The position numbers and the translations under genes are program-made. The notes under the pieces were generated by a model, which was given only the letters and a program-made list of their open reading frames with translations, was not told the origin of the DNA and did no database searches. Positions 21,824-34,625 of a stretch of DNA of 64,000 nt are shown here, piece after piece. The DNA comes from Chara braunii (Eukaryota > Plantae > Charophyceae), in assembly GCA_003427395.1 (NCBI GenBank), contig BFEA01000033.1, forward strand, positions 4,689,050 to 4,753,049. The letters are read 5' to 3'. Position 1 is the stretch's first letter. Every line of letters starts with the position of its first letter.

Positions 21824-23003
21824 ATGTTGGCGCTGGTTGTAATGGCGGACATGGTGGCTGTCACGTTAGTGCTTTAGTGAGTGAGACAAGGGGGAGATCG
21901 AGTACGAGGGAAAAAAGAAAAAGGTACGAAAATGCACTTTAACACATTGTCTGCAACTAAACACTATGCACCAAATTCGTAACAATATAAATTCGGAAAG
22001 ATAATCTTGTGCACTTGTGATAATTGTTTTGTTTATTCTCTTTTATTCTCTTTACACTTTGTTTTTAAGTGGTGTCGAAAAAAAGACACATACATCTTAC
22101 TGTATTCCGTTTAAAGCACTTTGAGTAGCAGCGAGCCTCGTGCTTGCCCTAGATGAAGGCGGGCTTGAATATCCACGAGAGACATTTATCTCAACATTTT
22201 CCAATGTGTGTCTCAGCCAGTTGTTGCACGCCAGTTGGTTCGAGTGCAACTTTGGCCTCACACTGGGCTCTTCCGGAAGTAGTTGCGTCAGGCAGTTGAG
22301 CCCAGCACGAGGGTAGTTGCGCCCTTGGCACACACAGTGGGGGACCGGCACATCACAAAGTGACCACGAGCCAAATGAGAATGCAACATTGACGTCACAT
22401 CCGCCCCGCTGGCCAATGCAAACACAACATACATTCAGAGCCTGGATAAACTTTGGTGTGCCCAACTATAAAGGGTCCAGGCCTTCAAATGTAGACATGG
22501 GTCTGAGCGCCGACACTGGGGTGTGCGCGGGCACTGAGTGGTATAAGGCGCAACAGGGCAACGGGGCGCTAGCAGTCATAGTTGGACTTCAGGACGCAAG
22601 GGGGTGATGAGCGGTGGTGGTCTTCAAGAAGGAGGTGCACTGTGGGTGGACAAGGGTCATGAGGGAAGTCGATAGTACTTACATGGTGTATGAGGGAGGT
22701 CGACATTGGTGTTGATGTCATGTACATTGGTCTTCGAAGTTGAAGTGGGTCTGTTGCAATAATGTAGATAGGATAGGTGGGATAAGTATAGTAGGTTGGG
22801 CACAGGACGCCAATCAGTAGGAACAACATTGGATACTATGTTGGTGTGGCCAGGGAACGCCGATATTGATATTTGGGTTCATTGTATTGCTCTTATTTCG
22901 TATATATCTCATTGTTCGTTGCTTTTTGTTTGGTACACGACTATCTTTTCTTTAAAGTACTACTGCATTTTGGTTTGTTGTCCGTCGCTTAATCGTTTTT
23001 TTG

Positions 23004-23052
<49 letters not shown>

Positions 23053-23454
23053 TTTATTTTATTACCTATACCGTTTGTTCTGATCTGATCACTAACACAA
23101 TCAGGTATGTGCATGTGAACCCGGTACCTAGCTAGAATCATGGTTTGGGCTCACGCACGCTGGCCTATAACAAGTGTAAGTGCATACGAGGTCATCTAGG
23201 CGAGAGGACATGAAGGTGAAAGAAAGAGATAGAGGAAGGAAAAGAAGGAAGAAAACATAAATGAAAATGAACTTGAAGAATAAATTAGGAGAAAGGATGA
23301 GGAAAATGAGAAGGGGGAATAGAGACGCAAAAGAAAAAGACAAACGAGGTTTTTCTCATTCTTATCCTATACACCCTTGTTTGTACTACCCTCAACTGTT
23401 ATATATCTGATTAATGTATGGATGTAAAATAATGGTGCATAATGAATAATAGGA

Positions 23455-24050
23455 TAAAACTCCAGTGTGAGGAACATCTTATTACTCGTCTGTACATGTA
23501 TACATATCTTAGATTGCTAGATTGACAGATAAGAAGTGTGGTAACCCTGTGTGGATCATCCTATTCTCTGTTTAAGTCTAAATCAGTTGGACTAAACGAG
23601 TGGTGGGATACTCATGTGTTTAAGTCTTAGATTGCTAGATTGACAGATAAGAAGTGTGGTACCCCAGTGTGGGTCATCCTATTACTTGTTTAAGTCAGAT
23701 TGCGCGACCTTCAAAAGATACTCGTAGGTGACTCCAGTGAGAGTCAATTTATTATCTGTTTGAATCGAAACTAACTGACAATGAAAAAAGGGATAGGATA
23801 CTTATGTGTGAGTTGTCCTACTGTTCGTTTTCTGCCTGATTACATACAATCTGCTCAAACGGGTAATAAGATACTCTTGTGACGGTCATCCTATTACTTG
23901 TTTGAGGTTAGCCTGCACTGTATTCAAAAGGTAGTATGAGATTTTCGATAGGGTCATCATATTACTTGTTTGAAGTCAATCTTCATGATACTCAAAACGT
24001 AGTAGGAGACTCATGTGAGGGTCATCCTATTACTCGCTTGAAGTTAGATT
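23455..24050. repeat. Degenerate ~69-bp minisatellite (gggtcatcctattacttgtttgaagt core)
   Basis: About 8 units, roughly 68-70 bp period in the regular part. Confidence 0.75.
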
Positions 24051-25131
24051 GCGCAATGAACAGGGGATTCGTGAAAACCTCACAATCGAAGAAAACCAAA
24101 CATTTCTTATAGAATGAAAAAGTAAAAGTCAAACTGTTATTTTTTATTTAAAAAAAAAGCGTTTTTCATCGTTTTGCAATAAAGGAGGGAAAAAATCAGG
24201 TGAAAAGTCTAGCGTCCCTCAAAATGTGCAAGAAAACCCTTTCTTGCAAAATGCTTTTATATGACTATAAGTCATTCTTAGTAGATTGGCAAAAAAACAG
24301 AGTTCAAACAGGGTAATTTTTAAGGATGACAAAACAAACTTGAACGATGTAAAAAAAAAAGTGTTTTGGTGAATACTCATTTATAGGGCTATAAGTCAGT
24401 TTCCGCAGTTAGGTAAAAGCCAAGCGCTGCACAAAATAATTTATAGGACTAAAATCACTTTTGAACTTAATAATAAAACTCTTATAAAAAAAAATATGTC
24501 ATTTAAAATAAGAATACAAACAACTTTTGCCCTACTCTTGTTCGATCGGGTTCATAAATCGGCATGATAGAGACTCCAGTATGAGTCATCCTACTGTTCG
24601 ATCGAATCCATTCTTACTAGTAAGTTTTACAGTCCCTACTCTTGAAGCCTTAGCTTCAAGTTATCTTTTACTAAAATTTGTCATTTCCAGTGTTTATGAC
24701 CATACAACTTAAAAAAAAAAAAAATGGTAATATATCATGGTAGTAATACCTTTACAAATATCAAAATTCACAATAATAATAAACCATGAAAAATGATATA
24801 TTACCTTAGTAGCTGACATCAATAATAACCAGAATTGATGAATGAGTAAACATTATTCGTAATACTAACGATTCACGAGTAGTATATTTATATACCTCAT
24901 AATGATAGGTTTATATTAACGAGTATATAATATAATAGACACGCCATGATCAAGATGAGGTTGTCAATAATAAACACTTTCAAACATAATAATAGTGAGA
25001 GTACCACACTTTACTCCCCAACTTTAACAAAAGTATAATGTGTCGAGGGGCAGTGTGATCCTTTTGAGAATGGATAGCATCTCAAATCCCTGAGCTTCAC
25101 TATCGAGCGCATTGGCCTCCCTTAGCTTCGC

Positions 25132-26994
25132 TATCGAGCGCATCGGCCGGCGCCTTTTCTTGCGAAAGGGCGGGAGCCCTCCCTACTGTGTCGCGGAGGA
25201 GTTAAACCAAAATTAAACAAGAGACAACTCGTGGAAGGCACATAATTAACACCGCGAACCGCCGAGGCGGGTGTGGTCGCATTGTCTTTTCACCACTCTA
25301 GCCGGGTGTGTCAGTTGTACATCTCGCGGTCCCCTACAACAGGATAGGTTCTCACGGGGGATAAACTTGCTTCCCTAAGGGGCTGTCACCACCCTTAGGG
25401 GCGTATCCCTACCGAGCTACCAATCCACGTACGAAAGTTTTTACATGCAGTTGTAGAGTTGGGTCAGCAGAGGGTGTTTGCTCGCCCGTTGTAGTATAGG
25501 TATCCGCTGTTAAAACGCCTATTGAACCCGAATGTCGTTCGTTCCTTAGAGCGCTGATCTCCTAAGTATGAAGCGTAGGCCGGTCGACAAGGATGATCTC
25601 AACCAAACGTGAAACCTCCTTGTCCCTTCAAACATGAGTCAAAAAAAAGTTATAACAAACACACATAGTTATACCAAAAGGAATCGTACTTAGTCGATAG
25701 AAATGTCCCATCTGCAATGATAATCGAAATAATCAAAATCATCATTAGATACACGAGATCGAAATAAAACTCGACCACCCCAAATTGAACTCCACAAAAA
25801 TCATACAGCCAAAATCATACNNNNNNNNNNNNNNNNNNNNNNNNNNNNNNNNNNNNNNNNNNNNNNNNNNNNNNNNNNNNNNNNNNNNNNNNNNNNNNNN
25901 NNNNNNNNNNNNNNNNNNNNNNNNNNNNNNNNNNNNNNNNNNNNNNNNNNNNNNNNNNNNNNNNNNNNNNNNNNNNNNNNNNNNNNNNNNNNNNNNNNNN
26001 NNNNNNNNNNNNNNNNNNNNNNNNNNNNNNNNNNNNNNNNNNNNNNNNNNNNNNNNNNNNNNNNNNNNNNNNNNNNNNNNNNNNNNNNNNNNNNNNNNNN
26101 NNNNNNNNNNNNNNNNNNNNNNNNNNNNNNNNNNNNNNNNNNNNNNNNNNNNNNNNNNNNNNNNNNNNNNNNNNNNNNNNNNNNNNNNNNNNNNNNNNNN
26201 NNNNNNNNNNNNNNNNNNNNNNNNNNNNNNNNNNNNNNNNNNNNNNNNNNNNNNNNNNNNNNNNNNNNNNNNNNNNNNNNNNNNNNNNNNNNNNNNNNNN
26301 NNNNNNNNNNNNNNNNNNNNNNNNNNNNNNNNNNNNNNNNNNNNNNNNNNNNNNNNNNNNNNNNNNNNNNNNNNNNNNNNNNNNNNNNNNNNNNNNNNNN
26401 NNNNNNNNNNNNNNNNNNNNNNNNNNNNNNNNNNNNNNNNNNNNNNNNNNNNNNNNNNNNNNNNNNNNNNNNNNNNNNNNNNNNNNNNNNNNNNNNNNNN
26501 NNNNNNNNNNNNNNNNNNNNNNNNNNNNNNNNNNNNNNNNNNNNNNNNNNNNNNNNNNNNNNNNNNNNNNNNNNNNNNGTTTGGCCCGAACGGCCGAACG
26601 CCTTCCGAAGGGGTCCTGTACGTTCGGGCGTTTGGGTTCGGGCGTTCGGCCCGTACCGAACGCTGGTAACCGTGCTTTCGACAATAATATAAATGTAGCC
26701 GACACATTAGTCGGACAACCTTAGTTTTGACTTGAAGAGATGCGCTGCCAAAGTTATTCATTCTAACCCACCGCCGATTTAAAACTAGACCCACATACCC
26801 GACTTCATACGTTTTATAATTTTTTTTGGTGACAGTCTGCTTTGCGGATGATTCTTGATCAGGTGCATTGCTTGAAGTGTTGCATGCCTCTCGCACTAGG
26901 AAGTGGTATGGGGTACTCCTCCTCCTCCTCCGAGCACAAAACTCGGATCTTAAAAGTTGACCCGTCTCCACCGAATCGGCAAAGTACCCCGCCG
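25132..26994 (-). mobile_element. 3' part of the 3' LTR of an Athila/Tat-like element, interrupted by a gap and a DNA-transposon end (26579-26674)
   Basis: Collinear with 35992-37063 and 41411-42375. Confidence 0.85.
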
Positions 26995-27037
26995 ATTTAT
27001 AAGTAAGTCATTGGATTATTGAAAGTAAAAAACATTT

Positions 27038-27555
27038 CAACAGAAAAATTCCCATGAGAAATAAAAGTTGAAAAAACATTCCATAAAAAAAATCCTTCAT
27101 ATTTATAAATTATCATTCCAATGTTTGTCAAATTATAAAATTTTCAATTTAATGATAAGTTTCCGTCTAAATATGAACTTTCCCTTCCAACTACAACTAT
27201 TTGTTCAAGATGGAATGAAAGTCTGGACGAGTTTATGAAATGTTTTAATTAGACTCTCATTCTACTACAACAAATATCGTCTAATTTAAATTGGATTAAC
27301 CTGTTTATGACTGGAAATCCTTACTTAGAATGACAGTCCAATTAAAATATTTCATGAACTCATCCAGACTTTCATTTCATCTCTAGCATGCAGTTTAAAT
27401 AAGAAGGGATACCCCATTCTTGGAAGGAAGGTTTTCAAGTAAGACGAAAAATTTTAAAATTGGAATGACATTTTTTAAGATGGAATGAAAATTTGAAATT
27501 TAGAATGTAATTTCACTCTAGAATTATTATTTAATTCTGGAAAATTTTTCTGTTG
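27038..27555. mobile_element. AT-rich MITE, 13-bp TIR caacagaaaaatt, 2-bp TSD TT
   Basis: tt|caacagaaaaatt...aatttttctgttg|tt. A second copy lies inverted at 33781-34302. Confidence 0.9.
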
Positions 27556-27659
27556 TTGATTTTGGTAAACTATGGTGAATTTAGTATTATTTCTGACAGC
27601 ATCTTATCTTTTCGAATTGTCGTTCCCCAAACATTAACTGAATGTATAACAGACAGATG

Positions 27660-28310
27660 TTTATTTCTCAGTCATGATTGGATGTATGACACAAAAGTGT
27701 GCAGTCATTCCCTAAATAAAACCTGGATGTATGATGCATTTGAGTTATCCATTTCCTGATTGGAGTTGAATGTATGGTGGGGCCTAGTATGTATGTATTT
27801 CCCAGTTTATCGGGATGTATGGATTTCAAGTTAAACTCGTATTTTTCAACAAAGGTCGGACGTATGGCGTATGCTCGAGTTGTTCATAGCTTGAGTTGAA
27901 TGTATGGAGGGGTCTATGTATCTATTTCCCAACTTGTCTGGATGTATGGATTTCGAGTTAATCCATATCTCTCAGTAAAAGTCGGATGTATGATGCACAC
28001 TTCGGTTGTCCATTCCCTGATTTGAATTGGATGTATGGTGTCCGATCAATATATTTATTTCCCAGTTCGTACTGGATGTATGGATTTCATGGGGGCTTTC
28101 CATTTACCAGCTAAAGTAAGATGTATGGTATACAATCCTTCATTTTCTGGCGATGCTAAGATGTATGGGGTTCAATTTGAATGTTTATTTCCCAGTTTCA
28201 ACTGGATGTATGATTCTCAAATTGGATTCTCATTTTATTAGTTAACCAGATGTATGATATTTAGATATGACATATTTTCTTTTCTCGGCTTGAGTCCGAA
28301 TATATGAAAG
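27660..28310. repeat. Degenerate tandem array (ggatgtatg every ~40-45 bp) in the LTR element's 3' internal region
   Basis: About 15 ggatgtatg/gaatgtatg motifs with apparent ~128-bp higher-order periodicity. Confidence 0.75.
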
Positions 28311-29452
28311 TTGTCAGACCTTTTGGAGGAAAATGTTGTTTGAGGTGACACTAAGAGTAACCACGGTTCAATATCATGGGTATATGGCAAGACATGGATA
28401 AGAGTTTTTGAATGAATGATTTATCTCTGAATGGTTCGTTCATACTAAGTCTGAACAATTCCAAGAGGTTGATATGCTTGAGAGGTTTACCAAGGGTTAT
28501 TCCTGGCTCACTTCAGCTCTACTCAGGTGCAACAAAGGTATCAACCAAATGAATTTCCTTTTGGATCTAGCCGGAAGACTTCTGGGACGATTCAGAGAGA
28601 CAAAAAGTTGTGAGTGACCGCCAGTGAGATGATGATGGGATCATTCTGAAAAAGTTCCTCTAAATTGAAGGTTTGCAGGGGCTAGACCTGGGTCCAAGTT
28701 TGGATAAGGCTTGTTAGAGGCAAAATTTGGTATCATTCCATCCATTTATGAGTTGTATTGAGTTAAGGCTTCTAGAGGCTAAATCCAGTTTTGTTATTGT
28801 ATTGTCGTATGTTGGTGGAAAAGTTACGGCTTAATTCCGGACGATCGTTGGAATTATTGTGTATTGTGATCGTTGCGTTCACATGGAACTTTTATAGGAA
28901 TTCTGACTTTTTAAGTAAATGATGAATGACTTGGAAGTCATTGAGTGAGGTCTGGGAATGTTGTTGGAGCAAAAACCCTTACAAGGGTATTTGTTGATGT
29001 TTTTCAATATCGGACGTTGTTCGACCTTTTCCTTTAATTGAGGGACTTGATGAGCAAATGACGCGTCCACCTAAAAGTTATTCCGACCGCACCACTGACT
29101 GAGAGGCTAAAACTTAATGAATCTAAGTTCGGACGCCTGTGACATCGAAAAATGGCGGCGGTAATTAGCGATATTTCTCTTTTGCCAAGGGGCTGCAACA
29201 ACATGCGGCTAATGGAGTACTAAATCTAAAAATTTCCTACCTAATAGCACCAGCTGCGGGATTTAGAACCTGGGTGGTAAAAAAAATAATGGCCCCGTTT
29301 GGTTCACGACCNNNNNNNNNNNNNNNNNNNNNNNTTTTGCCCCTGGAACAGGTTCGTACGGCCGTCGTCCGTATGCCCGTACGGGCGTACGTCCGTCCGT
29401 CCGTACGGGCCGTACGGAGACCCCCCGTACGACGTACGGGGGACGACACAGG

Positions 29453-29829
29453 TCACTTGCAACATATGTGTCCAAATTTTTTCCATCACACCGAAAAACA
29501 CCCCTTTTAGGAGCGCAATCAAAGATTCGTTGGCCCGCCCATCCCTCCTCATATATGCGTACTAAACGATTTTTAACTGAAGGGGGTAGGGCACAGGCAT
29601 CATTTTCGAACTGGACAGAGACTGCATGTTCCGATAGCCATTCGGACTGCACTTCGTAGAATCTGCTATCGACTGTAACCCTTATGTAGTCCTGCCCCGA
29701 CTCTTCTATGCTAGGTGAGAATTCGTCCGGTAGTATCCCTTTGGAGTAGCACTCCTCAATCACAGCTCTTATTCTTTTTTTTCCGGCCTCTGTCATGGGG
29801 CCAGTATCTTGGGGCTGGGTATCAGCCAT
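29453..29829 (-). pseudogene. Probable LINE (L1-like) ORF1 N-terminal fragment inserted in the LTR, cut off by a palindrome-rich DNA-transposon end (29335-29452)
   Basis: EWLSEHAVSVQFENDACALPPSVKNRLVRIYEEGW...KRGVFRCDGKNLDTYVA is protein-like and recalled as resembling charophyte LINE ORF1s; absent from the other LTR copy. Confidence 0.4.
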
Positions 29830-31195
29830 ACTGGCTTACGTGGCAAGAAAATATGGCCATGCAACAGACATTTTCTTTTGGCCGCGTCGTGCCACTTTAC
29901 ACCAAGTGGCTAGACCAGACAATCAAGCGAATTCCTACCACTGATCTTTCGCAGACTAGTAAAATCGTCCGTCCAGAAATTCCTACCACAAATCTTTCGC
30001 CGACTAGTAAAAACATCCGTCCAACAATTGTACACTCGTTGAGCGTGTGCAACATCCAAGCATGGAGAGTAAAGTAGAGAAACCCGGTTTCCCCGTGTGT
30101 CTTTGCTATCCTTCGTATGCCATACTTGGGGAAGGAGTCTTCCTTGGGGAGGGAGTGTATACATCCACTCTGGCTCCCTGCATCTAGTCAGATTCTCCTT
30201 CTAATTCCCAGCCGATTCCTTCTACTGATGTGACTAGATTAATGACCGGTGGACGATTGGCGTCCGCCTCTGAAGAAGACTGTCTTGACCTCGCTGCTTG
30301 AACTTGGTGCTGTAATCGGTGAGTCCTGTCGAGACGATGGTGTGTTCGCCTTCCCCCTTTTGAGCATAGGCGGACGGGTGTTAGTGCATATTCCTTGGGA
30401 AGTGGGGTGAGAAAGGACCGGGGCAAGATACCCTGTACCGGCAATCGCCTCTTTGGAAAACACAAGATTTTCATGACCTTTCGATACTACTACCCCCTTT
30501 CCCAAGGTTTTGCCTAACCCCCACCCTCGGGTACACCGCAAGAAGAAGCACGAAGGGGTATGATTTACCTCAGTGAAATCCTTGGAATGCTTCTTGTCTG
30601 AACATCGCTCGCTGCATCTCTTCCTTCGCTCTGTAAATCCGTGTTTCCCTGTATGTAGTTGCGCTTCCCTTCCGCCCCCTTCTCCCTCCCACTTCTCCCA
30701 TTCGAGCCAGGGATCCAGCCTGCGCCTCTGGCCGGCTCGTGTCCTCGAGCCCTATAGTCTCCCTCTTCCGGCTATGGTGAAACAGGAGCGAGGAACCCTA
30801 GTTTCCCATGGCCGCTCGAGCTTCTCTCCGAAAAGTTACCGTTGGGGTGTCGAAAGTGCGGACTACCCCTCCTCTTCAAAATTAGCGCACGAAATAGCGC
30901 TACCGGCCCTTCTCCGTCACGGGCCTCCGCAAGTGCCCGATTTATTTTATCGATGGAGGCTCCACTCTCAACTTCGCTGGGGCCCATGTAGTGGTGCGCT
31001 AAGCCCCTTCGAGCCGTTTCAAACCCTGAGACCACCTAATTCAAAGACAAGGCCTGATTTGCGGACATTTTAAAGGGCGCTAAATTGCCCTACTGCCAAA
31101 GAAAGAAAAAAAAATAAAAAAATGAGCCCCCTTTTGGTGTCGCCTCCCCTTGGGCGGCCTGGCCAGTGCGACCGTGGTAACCTAGAGCTTGTATA

Positions 31196-31237
<42 letters not shown>

Positions 31238-32729
31238 ATTTTTTAGGTCTGCTCCCCAACCTCCTGGATTTGGGAAAGATGGTACCACGCGTGAAAGCAC
31301 GAGGTAATGTGCGTCCCCGTGTTTTAGGAGGAGGTGCATTTTCGTTGTGCCCCCTAAAGGAGTGAAGGCGGCTTGCTGCTTTTGGATTTCATCTTAAGTT
31401 TGTATTTCAAACGGGTATGGGAAGAAGAGAGAATGACTGTGTTTCCATGTTTGCCTATGGATTCGATGTTGAGTCTATATTTCGACAGTTCAATGTTGCA
31501 CTAATGGGCCGCGAGGATGTAGTGACCATTTGCTGAGGCAAGAATTAAAAAAAAAAAAAAAAAAAAAAAATCACTAAGAAAAACAAAAGGGGAGCCGGGG
31601 ATGAGAATTTAAAAAAACTCAGATTTTTCACTTCACGCCAATATTTGTTTCATGGCCGAAATGATTTTTGTTTACTCTGGATTTTTTTCTAAGGTTAGGA
31701 GGGCACCTAGCCTACATGTGGGATTTTGTTGAACGAATTATTTATTAAAAATCGGCAAAGACGGGTTACTTTTCGAACCCCCTCTCAGTCTGTCGTGACT
31801 TGAATTCGTGAATATCATGAGTTGATTGTTCCCCTCCTAGCCTCAGTACTTAGCTGGCACCTGTAAGAACGGGCTCCATACAAGGAAAGGGCAACCAATG
31901 GCTGCCAAAAAACTTAGCAGCAGCTATTGGCTGCTGATTTTTTATATATGGGGAGCATAACCGTGGTTATTCTTCCTTGAATTGAGGTCATGGAAGCGCC
32001 AACTAAAGGTCCAGCTCCATAGGGACTTAACTAGCCTCAAATTTTGAAAGAGAGGCAACTTTGGACCATTGCTCCAAAGCCTGGTGAGGCTGCTTGAAGC
32101 CATCACCATGGTATGCATAGGCTTGCAGAGATCTATGTGTATATATGCATGAGGCCAACCAGATCTAAAAAATGAAAGTTATGGGTGTCAGTATGAAGCT
32201 AGTAGTACAACAACTTGAGCTTCATAATTTCAACAGAATAAGTAAGCAAAAGGTGACAAGTGGCAATCACAAAGTGATTTCCGAACTTAACAGCAAGAGC
32301 TGAAATGGAAAAAGAAAGACGTGAACCCATAACTAAAGCAACGCAGATTTCTCTCCTCCATGACTATATCAAGAGAGGCTAGCCCAGGTAGAGGCACACT
32401 AAAGCAGTGACCTAGCATGAGGTCAGGGTATACAGTGATCCTTGAAGGACTTTGAGGCAGCTGTGAGGCGGTTGGAGGAGTGTTGGATGTCTGCTGGAAG
32501 AGAGTTTGGAAAAGCAAGTTGGAGAACAAGCTGGAGGAGTTGGAGAGTTGAGAGGAGGCGATGTTGCTCTAGGTGGAGCCCGAGCCTTAAGCTAGTTTGC
32601 GGCAATGTGGCAGGCCGCATTTCCGTTTTAGTGGGGTTGTGCCGACGAAGTACCGTCGTGTCGACGCTGTGTTTTTTCAGTGGGATTGTGTTGTCGGAGT
32701 GCTGGCTCGACGACTCGGACACTAGTTTA

Positions 32730-33060
32730 TTTCAAGGGGGAGGTGTTGTCCGATTGGCGACACTTGATCTTTCTTTTTGGCGGGGAAGTGTTGTCGGATT
32801 TGTGGCGCGACGACACTTGATTTTCTTTTGGTGGGGAAGTGCTACCCGATTTGTGGCGCGACGACACTTGATTTTTCTTTTGGTTGGGAAGTGCTGTCGA
32901 GTTTGCGGCGCGGCGACACTTGATTTTTCTTTTAGCGGGAAAGATGTGTCGGATTTGCGGCGCGGCGACACTTGAATTTTTTTGGCGGGGAAATGCGGCC
33001 GGATTGGTGGTGAGGCGACACTTGTTTTTTCTTTGGTGTGGAACTGCTGATGAATTACCG
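32730..33060. repeat. ~51-bp tandem repeat inside the LTR (also 43430-43750)
   Basis: ggatttgtggcgcgacgacacttgattttcttttggcggggaagtg units. Confidence 0.85.
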
Positions 33061-33780
33061 ACATGACAACAAGGATTTACGGCACGGCAGAGGCGAAGTT
33101 TTTTTTTACGGCGCTGCGTCTGTTTTGTTTGATGAGGTTGTGTTACCAGAGTTGGAGTGTACGGTGGCGGCAACGTGACTTGGTGGCAGGTGGCGCGCAC
33201 GATACTATGAAATCTGCGTGAGAAGCGAATGTTGTTGGCGTAGAACCATCAGGGACCACTTAAGACCGGTTGGGACAGATGTGGGACCAGTTGGGATTGT
33301 CTTGGAACCAACATTTTTTTTTAACTCGTGCGACTTGTCGCCATCGAAATAGGGACTACCTCGTGTGGGACTTGCGAGTCGGGAACAGATTGGAACAAGC
33401 AGTTGGCTTGAGACTTGCCTTGGGACTGCAACTTTCTTTGGCGACAAGTATATTATTTCTTGACTTTCTTTAGTGAGCCAGGGCGCGTTCGACACCACTT
33501 CACTCAAAGTCAGTCAGCTGATTGACTCAGATTCCTTTTCACACATGTGTGAACCCACACTTTGCTTGGCCCGGTTTGTTTTGAGCGTTCAAAAAAATAG
33601 GTTGAGTAAAGTGTGTAGAATCTGACGGGAGTATGGGTTGCTGGATTTTCTGGGTCTGTGGTTGTTTTTTCTTGTGAAGGTAGGTAGAAAGATGTTTGCA
33701 AAGGAGATTGATTATGCCTATTTGAAAAAATGGAAAAGGAATGTCTTATTTTGACTTCTCACCTGCCCGCATGCCAAGAA

Positions 33781-34302
33781 CAACGGAAAAAAATCCTATA
33801 ATTAAATAATCATTCTATAGTAAAATTACAATCTAAATTTCAAATTTTTATTCCATCTTAAAAAATGTCATTCAAATTTTAAATTTTTTCATCTTACTTG
33901 CAAACTTTCATTCCAAGAATAGGGTATCCCTTCTTATTTGGACTCCATGCTAGAGATGGAATGAAAGTCTGGATGAGTTTATGAAATATTTTAATTAGAC
34001 TGTTATTCTATGTAAGGATTTTCAATCATAAATAGGTTAATCCAATCTAAATTAGAAGATATTTGTTGTAGTAGAATGAAAATTTAATTAAAACATTTCA
34101 TAAACTCGTTCAGACTTCCATTCCATCTTGAAAAAATAGATGTAGTTAGAAGGGAAAAATCATATTTAGACGGGAACTTATCAAATAAAACTAAAAATTC
34201 TAGAATTTGACGAACATTGGAATGATAATTTATAAATATGAAGGATTCTTTTTTTATGGAATGTTTTTTCAACTCTCATTTCTCGCGGTAATTTTTTTGT
34301 TG
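33781..34302. mobile_element. Second CAAC-MITE copy, TSD AA
   Basis: ccaagaa|caacgg...tttgttg|aagggttgg. The empty site ccaagaagggctgg is present in the LTR copy at ~42700-42713. Confidence 0.9.
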
Positions 34303-34625
34303 AAGGGTTGGTTGTTTTGGAAAATGTCAATTTTGTGCGCACCGTAAAACGAATTTGAATCAAATAAAGAAGATAAGGTTAAAAGAACTTAGTCTTTTCC
34401 TAAGGATTACCCGTTCTATCTCGAATGACCTTATCTGCTTGTACATGTTCAAATGATTTTCATTCTTTATCTCCTCTGTCTTCTTTTCGTCCAAGTTACC
34501 CTGATCTTGGGAACGATAAGAATAATTGAAAGCTCCTTAGAGTGAATACATCCTCTCTCTCAAGGAAGCATCTGGGGCGGGGGTTCGTTGCTTTAGGAGC
34601 CGAACCTGTTATGGGCCCAGAGTGG

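Larger units (their letters stand above)
29048..34625 (+). mobile_element. 5' part of the same 3' LTR, now inverted; begins TGATGAG after PPT-like ttgagggact (29038-29047)
   Basis: Reverse complement of ~45919-42385, with inserts at ~29312-31240 and 33781-34302. Confidence 0.85.

Noticed and set aside
22388-22472. TGACGTCA, CCGCCC, CCAAT and TATAAA cluster as a Pol II promoter
   Set aside because: Short motifs with no supportable downstream gene.
23455-24050. CRISPR array
   Set aside because: Repeats are degenerate, the spacers are mutually similar, the context is eukaryotic and no cas genes are present.
27038-34302. Inversion caused by recombination between the two MITEs
   Set aside because: Each MITE keeps its own flanks and TSD; the breakpoints lie outside them.
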